The notes beneath the pieces are model-generated. The model had not been told where the DNA came from. It worked only from the letters and a program-made list of their open reading frames with translations, and did no database searches. A DNA stretch of 64,000 bases from Nageia nagi (lineage: Eukaryota > Plantae > Pinophyta): the NCBI GenBank assembly GCA_050084985.1, contig JBITNC010000001.1, positions 153,512,001-153,576,000 on the forward strand, given 5' to 3'. This document shows positions 53,801 through 64,000 of the stretch, one piece after another. How positions within the stretch are numbered: the first letter of the stretch is position 1; each line of letters begins with the position of its first letter. The translations under genes were made by a program, and so were the position numbers.

Positions 53801-54789
53801 TAGTGAAAAATGACTGTATGGAATGATAACCAATGAAAAAATGATGTCTAAACTAAGTCAATCAACCTTGAAACCAATTACACATAGCTAAGAGTAGGTA
53901 GGGCTTTGTTAGGTAGGTTGGAAGTCAAAGCACTAGGTAAGCAAAAATTCAAAATTCAAAATGACACTTTTTAATTAACTTTTTTCTTATATAATTCCTC
54001 AAATGTATGGAAACCATAAGGCTTCATCATTTTCCCACATAGATACCCTAAATCATTATGTTGTATATTCATAGTGCATAAAATTAAAACTTTTTCTACT
54101 ATTTTCACAACACCAATAGTGTCCATTTCCTTGATTTATGTGCACAATCAAGAGCTAATGACCTATAATGGCTTATGCATTCATGTTAATCCTTTACTAA
54201 TTGTGTATGATGGGAATTTTAACATTTGTGTTACTTAAAATTCTTTATAGAAATTGTAGGGTTCCAATGGCATGGAATTGGTTAAATTCAAAAAATATGT
54301 AAATGTGTTTCCTCAATCTGTGTTGATATACATATTATTGAATGACAAGTTCACTTATAATGTTAATATACATGATTAATTTTTATTGAAAAAATGTTAT
54401 TATATTTGAATTACACTTCAAATTTCCATCTTCAAACTTATCTATTGAAGGCACTCCATTGTCAATTGAATATCCTTGTTTCAATGGTAATTGAAGATAT
54501 TCTTGATTTTGGATAAAGTTAAATTGTTTCCTATGCCATCAATAGCATGAATATTGCAAAATTGAGTGATTTATTAAATAATTGTAAATTTTTCATATTT
54601 CCTCTAATTTATAGCAATGGTTACCAGAATGATCAAGCAATAGAGGTTTTAATGAATTTTTCCATGATTAGGGGATAAAACTTCAACAACAAAAAAGTTA
54701 ATTTAAATTGAAATGAAAGTCATGGAGTAATTGACAAGTTCATCTAAATATACTCACAATGCATAAAAGATAATTGACAAGTTCATCTA

Positions 54790-55127
54790 AATATATAAAT
54801 ATAGAATATGGAGTAATAGATATGCTTGTGATAACAAGATCCCAATCTCAATAGGTGGCATTGAGAAATACTAAAACTTTAAATTTGTACTAGCAATCGA
54901 GATTTAAATCTTAATAAATTTCCTTGTAATCATACTTTTCCTAATATGTGTAAAATAACCTCCATATTCCCTTAAGCAATGTTAGCACCAACATTGGGGT
55001 ACATAGCACATAATATAATAAATTTGAATATGAAAGGACCAAAAATAAATCAATAATATGTTATAATGTTTTTGTAATAACACACTTAATGAAACCACCT
55101 TAAGTGGATCAAAATTAATTATCAACA
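54790..55127 (-). repeat. Truncated third copy of the LTR-A/B family
   Basis: Aligns with ~24210-24546. Ends tcaaca at 55127, abutting chromovirus RT. Confidence 0.85.
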
Positions 55128-56602
55128 AAAATATAACTTCCCTATCTTTCTTAATAATTATTTAATATATGAATTAGGTGGTGCCAATTTTTATAATGAA
55201 CTTGATTAAAGATTAGGGTATCATCAAATTAAGGTCAAACAGGAAGATATTTTTAAAATTACTTACATAACTCATGAAGGGCATTACAAATTTTTAGTTA
55301 TGCCATTTGGCTATAATAATGCACTATCCATTTTTTAGAATTTAATAAATACAATTTTTAGACTATTATTAAAGAAATTTGTATTAGCATCCTTTGATGA
55401 TATATTAATATATAATAAAACATGGGGTACTCATTTATAATATGCATAGCAAGTTTTACAAGTTTTGGGAAAGGAATAACTTTTAATATAAAATTATAAT
55501 TATTTTTTGGTGTTACTAAAGTTGAGTATTTAGTTCATATTGTGTCAATAGGAGTAAGTGGACCCAAACAAAATTAAAGCAATATAGGATTTTCCACTTA
55601 TAATGACCCTTAAAAGTCTTAGGGTATTTTTGTGGTTACATGGTATTATATTAAATTTGTAAAGAAATATAGGAAAATAGTAGCATCTCTTACAAAATGT
55701 ATAGATAAAGATGTGTTTAAATGGATAGAATCAACTACTAATGCATTTAATATCCTGAAAGAGGTTATGTGTTTCACCCCATTTAGGGTATGCCAAAATT
55801 TAGTAAACCATTTATCATTGAATTTGATGCTTCATGGACATTTATTGGTCTAGTTTTGATACAACAAGGGTATCCACTAGCTTATTAAAGTAAGAAACTT
55901 TCTGGAATTCTTTTGAGTAAGTTAGCATATAAGAAACAAATGCTAGCAATTTTACAAACAATTGAGAAATAAAAATTGATTTTATGGAGAGGCATTTTAA
56001 AGTTAAAATACATCATAATAACCTCTAATATTTCTTGGAACAAGCTTTTTTTAATAAATATCAATATAAGTGGGTAACTAAGATTCTTAGTTATGGCTTT
56101 GAGATAGAAGTTAAAAATTATAATAACATGTGGTAGAAAATGCTCTATCAATAAAATATAAAGATTCAATAATTATTCATGTCATACCATATCCTACACG
56201 AATATCAATCTAAAAAGCTATATAAGAATTATCTAAAGGCATCCAATACTATTCAATAAATATAGCAAATGAACCAATAGAGCATGATTATTCATTAAAT
56301 AGAGAGATTTTAAGAATTAAGGTAGAGTATTTCTGATATAATCATAAAAGGTAAAAGAATTGATATTGTAAGAATTACATGAATCACCCATAGAAGGTAA
56401 TATAGGAATTATGAAAATATGCTAAAATATTGCAATCTATTTTTAGGAAGGAATGAAAAAGAACATAAACAATTTTGTGCAAGAATGTGCAGTGTGTCAT
56501 AGGAATAAAGGATAAAGCATCAAAATTGTAACACTACCATAATCACTTTCTATTCTAGAAACATATTGGCATGACATATCAATAGATTATATTGAAGGTG
56601 TA
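55128..56602 (+). mobile_element. Gypsy chromovirus RT, RNase H and integrase N-terminal fragment
   Basis: THEGHYKFLVMPFG, SFDDILIYN, FIIEFDASWT, FVQECAVCHRNKG. Ends WHDISIDYIEG at the LTR-B junction. Confidence 0.88.
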
Positions 56603-57425
56603 TGTTGAATTTTTTTAGTGACCCCTAGCATTAACCTAAGTAGTAACTATATTAAAATATTCACATGTGATAATGTATTATCTTCACTATTAACTAAGAT
56701 AAACATGGATCAACAATAACAAATGATGGAGAATAATAATCTAAATATAAATTATTGTAATAATGAATAATGAATATAGACTATTGGAAGAAGATAATAA
56801 ACACACTAATGAGATTGAGATCAAGTGAATGATAAATACCTATAAACCTTACATCGATGAAAAATATTATATGAAGAAAGGAGCTTATTGAGGATACAAA
56901 ACTTGATATGTGAATCCCCATATAGCATAATACATTGGAAAGATAGCGTAGACACCCATAGGAATGTTAATGTCAGGTTTCAAATAGTAGCACCAAAACA
57001 TATGATGGCACAAATGGTAAGCATACAAAGGAATAGTGTTTGCAACCAAGATCCAAAGTATAGTAGAAAATTATTAAATCAAATGAGACATATAATTGTA
57101 GAATATGGAATAACAAATATGATCATGATAATAAGATCCTTATCTCAATAGCTAGAATTGATAAACATTGAAACTTTTATGTTGTACTAGCTATCAAGAT
57201 TGAAATATTGATAACTTTCCTTGCAATCATACTTACCATTATATATGCAAGAAAACCTATTGATTCCCTTAAGGAATGCTAGTGCCAAAGTTGGGGTACC
57301 TAACACATAAAAAAAATAAGATTGCATGAGAAAGAACCAAGAAAAAACCCATAATATGGTATAAGATTATCATAATGAAATACTTAATGAGACCATTTTA
57401 ATTAGACCAATATTAACTATCAATA
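56603..57425 (-). repeat. LTR-B (~820 bp), 3' LTR of the Tat-like element
   Basis: tgttga...tcaata. Homologous to LTR-A. Adjacent PPT ccccccttt at 57430-57438. Confidence 0.9.
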
Positions 57426-58650
57426 GATACCCCCCTTTGCAAATATAATTTTCCTTGCAAAGGAAATAGAAAATAAAATAGAAATGAAATGAAATGAAAT
57501 TGAAATATAATTATGTTTGCAAAAGAAAAAGAAGAAAATTTTGATACTTCCCTAATTTTATTGTAGAGCCATCTAATCATCAAAGGTTTATCATTTATCC
57601 TATTGCCTCTTTTCCTTAATTGTGAAATGGAGTGGCTCTCCATGGAATGTGAACAACCAAGAGCAAATAAAAACCTACAAAGAGAGATAGAAAATACCAT
57701 CTTTCAAACATATATGTGATGATAAACCCTTTAAGATATAGTAGTGAAAATGAGATCAATAATCATCATAAGTGCATGGTCTATCATAGTAATACTTAAT
57801 TCCCATTCATGGATGAAAATCATCATACTAGAACCAAGTATCCCATTCATGGACTCATACATGTTGCATTTCATCACAAAATATATAACATTAAAAATGA
57901 AGGATGAAATTAACATAATATACATAAATTGTCATGAAAGCATAAAATATCCTATTCATAAATAAAATATTGTTATAGACATACCTAATACATCATTCAT
58001 CGATGCACACATATGATCATAAATAACTATCATGGTTATGGTTAATTTAAACCCATCCAACAAAGGTATTAAAATCAAATGAGGGTCACACCAGCATGGA
58101 AGCAATAAGTTTCCCTATTCATGGGTACACATCGTCATGAAAGAAAATAATGCCCCATTCATAAATGTATCAAATGATAAAGTGATGAATGACCAACCCA
58201 AATGATTATTGTATTCCAATGTATGGGATTTTATCAATGTCTTCCCACTAAAGATATACAATAATGAAGCCAACAAGATGAGAAATGCCCAACCCAAATG
58301 GTTGTCATATTCCAATATATGGTATTCTATTAATGCCTTCCTAGTAAATACATATATAAAGAAAAATCTAATTCCCAACCCAAAGGCTAACCATATTCAT
58401 AAATGTAATGCTCATAAAGACATAATAGTGATGGTTATTTATTATCCACCCAATAAGGACATAGCTATTTTTCAACATAGAATTTCATATTTTCAAATAG
58501 TTTTATTGAAATAATAACATGATCATAATCATAGTAATGTTCATGCAAGAAACAATAATATCAAAAAGGATTAAGAGATAAAAAGTGTACATGATAAATG
58601 CCTATGAAGATGCCCCCAAGTCTTCTAGCCATTATCTAGATCTAATACTT
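57426..58650 (-). mobile_element. 3' internal (UTR) region of the Tat-like element
   Basis: PPT next to LTR-B. (GAAAT)n at ~57470-57505. Repeated cccattcat motifs and a ~90-bp duplication at 58190-58350. Confidence 0.6.
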
Positions 58651-59865
58651 CCTACATACCCTAGCGTTGATGCTTACATCACTATTGGTGCTAATCATCT
58701 AAGTATTAATGACATCAAAATTAAAATTTTCCAATTGTAATTTTTTTCATATTTTTACCATTTTCTAAACTAAAAACATATTTATCTTATTCTAAAAGTT
58801 ATCATTAACAGTCTTACTAAAATCATAATTCTCCTTTCTAACTACCAAAGTCTCATACTAATCACATATTTGGTCATATATCCTTTTTCAAAAAATGCAT
58901 ATATTAAGAAATATCAATCTAGCATCTATTTCTACTAATAACCTATAAATATCAATGGTAGCATTGAGTTCAACATTAAAGTGTATGGTAGCATCCATGC
59001 TAAGATCCATCATAAATTCTTGCAGCAAGCCTGTTTTGCATTTATGTTTGTAGTTTTCTAGTAATTTAATATTTTCAAAAGGTATTTCATAAATTTAAAG
59101 GCATTTTTAAAAACAATGTCTCAATTTCATGTTTAAATAGGGTAAATTGGTTATCATTTGGGATTATCACTTGTTTCAAAGGTGTGCTCTATTCTAGGAG
59201 GAGGAAATAGTGATTTTGAATAATATGACTATAGTTTAGAGGTATACCCATACCATTTGTGTTATATCTCATATGAATTTTTCCTGAAATCATTAATGTG
59301 ATTAAGGTTTTTGTGGTAAATATGAAGACTATCGAGTAGGATAATCATTGGGTATGTCCACTTTCCAATAATCGAGTAGTAACTCATGTGGTATGTATCC
59401 TAAACTCTAAATTTCAAATTTGATATGGTGTTATATGAATTTTGAATTAATTTTCCTATGAAATTATTTGATGAAACCTTACAAATTAGGTTATAGGAAC
59501 TGGGCTTGCAATTTGAAGTCTAAATCTCATTTTATTTTTTGTAAAACTATAATTTTCTACCTTAGTTAATGTTTTTACCAATTTCCCCCAATTCTTATAG
59601 GGAAGGAAGAAAAACAATTTGCATGATTGTTGGTGTAGGTGCTAATACTAGATTAATAGTTAAGGTGGTCTTGATATAGTATCTTTCATGGTTCATTAAT
59701 ATTGTATATAATTTGAAAATGTTTTACAAACAAATTTACCTTTTTATTTGTAAGAAATGTAAAATATAACACTCACACATACCTTGTTCTTTATTTTTGT
59801 AGTACTAGAAATTTCTTGTTGAGCTTGAGCTAAGTCAAAAATTTGGGTAAAGGTGTTGAACTATG

Positions 59866-62800
59866 TGTTAGAGTATTATTTACTTTATTACCTAGTTAGG
59901 TATTTAGGTTAGCATTATCTTACATTCACTAGTAGGTGTTTTTAGCTTTCATACTCATTGGGTTATTTTAATATTATGGTCAACATTATTTTGATTGTGT
60001 GGCTATTATTCATTTCACTTGCTATTTAATCAAGGTATATCTTATGTTTAATTTATCAATCATTTTATTCTTTGCAAGTAATCTTTTATGCTCTTGTGAT
60101 ATTCTTTTAGCTCTTGCATCCTAGGTGAGGAACTTCATTATTCCTCTCTCCTTTCATGGTACCAAAGCATGTTGAGTTTTGTAAAGATATACTTGAATCT
60201 TTAATTACATTCTAATGGCAACCATAACCTTCATTTATTGTGTAGTGTGTCCTCTTTGGTGGATCATCTACCTGCATTGGTGTCTTATGATATTTCAACT
60301 CTAAGGTTTTATTGGCATAAGTACATTTTATGATTTGTTGCATTCTCCTTTGAGATATATTAGCCCTCACAAGTTTTTTATCACTATGATCTATGATTTC
60401 AATATCTCTCACTTTTTTCTCTCTTTCATGATGTATTTATTTTCTTATGATCTCTCTTTCATAATGAGTACAATTGTTTCTCAAATCTTGTATTAGAATT
60501 TTGTCTCCTACACACTCATAGCTCAATCTTGGTGATACTACATACTCAATCATGTGCATACATTCTAGTGTACTCTCATAATGATGCTCTTGCATTGTTC
60601 CCTAGTAATTGCTCTTGACCCCTTTATTTGGTGCTAGTGGCTTGCAGGACCTTTGTGATCCTTTTGATATGGACCCCCTTGCGAGCTCTAGTTTCTCCAT
60701 TTGTAGATTAACCTATCACCTGTGTTTTTACATAGATCACTAACCTACCTTAGTGATATAACATTATTAGTCATAGATTCAATCCTCTCTCAAGGTCATG
60801 AATCTCTTTATATAGTGTGAACTTTTCCAATTTCTTGATGCTATAATACTACTCGATTCTCTTTTGGTAGCTTTCAACAATACTCATGATGGATATCCAT
60901 GTGAATGAGTGTTGGATATGTTAAATCATAACTAAATTTTTGAGAGCAATATTCTTGGCCTAAATATAAAAATGTTATCATCCTCAGATAATGTTTTCAT
61001 AATTAGAAGTGTGATTGTAATGCATTCATTTGATTTTGATCTATTGACTAAAGGCTCTCGGTGCCCTATAGTGCCCATTCACTTTCGCTTTCCAATTCAT
61101 ATCCCATTCATCTAAAACTATATGGTACTCATGTTTGTGGTCTATTACCTACTAATATTGAGGTTTTCAAAGCTTTATCATACAATCAATTTGCATTCTC
61201 ATGAGTCAATGTTATTACACCTTGAAGAATTGCAACATAAAATATGCTTATTTGTTGTGACTTTTTTAAGAATATCAAGGCATTCAGGGAAAGGACCTAT
61301 AAGCTAGTTCTTTTTTTTCTTTTTGGATGATCATAATCACATTTAATCATTTCCACATCTATTCTAGCCTATGACTATTTCAAGCATGACTTCTAATCTC
61401 ATGGACATGACCAATATTAGTGGGGAAATCTAACTGGTTGGATTTTTTTGTTTAATTATTTACTAACTAGATTGCTTAGATGCTTTAAAAATTATCATTT
61501 AATGGAGAAACACATTTTTGTCTTTTTTATTCGATTATATTTAAACTCTAAGGGTAAATTTGAATACCCATTTTCAAGTACACTAGGTTTGGTTTTTGAA
61601 TCATCAAAAATAGAGCTCATTTGAGGAAGATATGAGCATTTTAAGATCCTAATATTTAATTTAATTTGGGCATTCTATGTATCAAAAAAAAATTTCAAGG
61701 CTACTTTATCATTATACCCTATTTTTCATAATAGATAGTTTCAAAATACTTCTTATTTAGTGTTGGTCATTTTGACTACATATATGACCCTCTTTACTTT
61801 CCAAGTCTACCTGCAATTGCATTTCAAAGTTTAACAATTATATTATTAGTTAAATTAATTGATTTTATAAAGTTTTAGGAATTTTAATTTTAATTTTTTT
61901 ATACTCATTCAAATTAATTACATAACTTTTACATACAAACTCCACTATGAGTACCAGTTTTTCCTATATAGAGCAAAATTTGAGTACTACTCAGTAGATT
62001 TTGTTGTACACCTAAACTATAAAGGCATTTTTTATGGAAAGCATTTTTTCATAGAAGATATACATTATGGGGGGTCACTTCATATTTTATTATCTTGACA
62101 ATGCTTACAGTTATGGGGGGGATAAATTCTTTTGGGAGCTTTTTATGATCCATCCTACATTGTTATGGGCTAAAATTATAGTGTCCTAATTTCCTCTTCT
62201 AGCTGTTTGTTATCATGCCAATGTGCTTTTCATAGTAATATGCCACACTCTTTTTGTAAATGAGAAGTCACATTGGGCTTAACTATACTTACATTTGTGG
62301 TTCTTTCTCTAGCTTATCTTCTCATTTAGTGATACACTTTGAATTCAAGGGGAATTTCTTTAGTGATTTTCATAGTTTGATGACTCTTTAATAGCAATCT
62401 CTAACATAGCCCATTACTACATTAGTTGATCATGCTTCATATCCTACTTGGCATGAAAGCCTTGTAGAGTACTTATGCTCTCATTAGCTTTTGCTATATC
62501 TTCTTGGTCTATTTCTAGCACCTATTTTTCAAATACCTGAGTGGCTTGTTTGGCATTCCAATATATGTGATGCATATTCTATCTCTTACTACACTATTGA
62601 TAGTATTTATCATAATTTTTTCCACCTTTTTAATATTCTCAATTGAATCCTCATATATATTTCTCACTTCTTTGTACACACTTTGAATCTCGCTCACCTT
62701 GTGATAAAGATTCCTTGATGGATGAAGATTTAGTGAATGAGGTAGATGTTGAAGGCTATATTATGGTGTAGGATGTTTTTGATCCTATTTCAAATACTTT

Positions 62801-63532
62801 CAAGTACTTTCTTTATGGTTTTGCTTCTCTCATTATAGAGTCACACATTATTGATGTTATTGACCTTCATGAGGATCTTACCTCTTTATTTCATATATCG
62901 TCTCATGTTGAGCCTTTTGGGGATATTACTATGGTGAGCCTTCCTTGATTGTATGAGCCAACCTTCAATGATGAGGCATATACATTCTTTGGGGATATCA
63001 CATTGATCCCTTTCACTTCTGCTTTGTTGGTAATTGTACTTTAGGAGGCATCACTACAAACATCTTTTCATCACCTTACTTGCTTGAGGTGATAGATGTT
63101 ATCCTTGGAGGAATCAAAGAGGAAACCTTCCTCTTGGCCTTCCTTATTCTATTTTCTTCTCGCTTATGGAAGATGGTCTTTTCCCATGTGATATTTCATT
63201 ATATATAGGAGAGCTTTCTTTTGTTTTATGTGATAGCCAATTTTGTGCATGAGTACCTTATTAGGCATGGTTTTGGGGACTCATCTTTTCTTAGCTATTC
63301 ACATTCATCTTAGTTTCACTTACAGTGGGTTGTTAGATTATTTTTTGCTTTATTACCTAATTAGGTATCTAGGTTAGCATTATCTTAATTTCACTTGCTA
63401 TTTAAGCAAGGTGTATCTTATATTTATTGCATCCATAATTTTATTCTTTTTGAGTAATCATTAGTGCTCTTGTGATATTATTTTGACTCTAGCATCCTAG
63501 GTGAGGAACTTTATTTTTCCTCTCTCCTTTCA
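59866..63532 (+). mobile_element. Non-autonomous LTR retroelement (3.7 kb, no pol)
   Basis: LTRs 59866-60156 and 63331-63532 (tgttag...ctttca). PBS tggtaccaaagc at 60157-60168. TSD ctatg/ctaag. Only a gag-start-like remnant at ~62415-62510. Confidence 0.88.
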
Positions 63533-63537
63533 CTAAG

Positions 63538-64000
63538 CATGAAATTGAAAGGGGAAGTGAATAAGTTTGAATTAAAACTTTAAGCAACTATGAAAATTAA
63601 AACATATTCACAAAAGCATACACCACATAACATAAGATTTATAGTGAAAATCCAATGTAGAAAAAACCACTATGTTAATAGATTGCTTGGGCTCCTACCC
63701 AAATCTAGTTGTAAAAAGAATTGGCCTTACCATATTTTCATAGCAACCACTATGGGGAATAGCACCAACTAACTTGATCTTCTATAGCACCAACTATGAG
63801 TACCAACCCTTATCACCAAGAACCCACTCAATGAACTCAAAATATTATGGTAGAAAATTTAATTGCCATTCCAAATACCTGAATGTTCTACCACAAACTC
63901 TTCTTCTATTCATCTCAATGGTCAAAACCACACTACTTGTCTAACAACACACAAATCACTTAGCACATCCATAATTTTACCATCAACATCACACTCTCTC
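63538..64000 (-). repeat. Sirevirus-like LTR (U5 end), runs off the window; its first 12 bp are at 59854-59865
   Basis: gaaaggggaagtgaataag resembles the reverse complement of the C-rich Sirevirus U5 motif. Aligns with 16312-16860. Confidence 0.75.

Noticed and set aside
1-64000. Biosynthetic gene cluster
   Set aside because: Only one enzyme gene is in the window. No terpene synthase, transferase or other pathway gene was seen.

Overview
AT-rich, CpG/CHG-depleted plant nuclear DNA. The retroelement types, the PPR relic and the P450 type suggest a gymnosperm, probably a conifer or cupressophyte (inference). Almost the whole window is nested, decayed transposable elements: two Ty1/copia elements (one Sirevirus-like), two Ty3/gypsy chromoviruses, a Tat-like gypsy, L1-type LINEs, a non-autonomous LTR element and a MITE-like insertion. 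The one host gene is a two-exon CYP71-clan cytochrome P450 (CYP750-like) on the minus strand at 29614-31775. Its motifs and splice sites are intact, but it carries at least four single-base frameshifts. A decayed PLS-class PPR gene fragment lies at about 12.9-13.7 kb. The most notable structure is a circular permutation: the two halves of one chromovirus integrase, each joined to an LTR of the same inserted element, sit in swapped order on either side of the P450. This suggests the gene lies in one unit of an old ~47-kb tandem segmental duplication. About 45.9-53.8 kb looks like low-quality, homopolymer-inflated sequence. I found no convincing novel multi-gene system.
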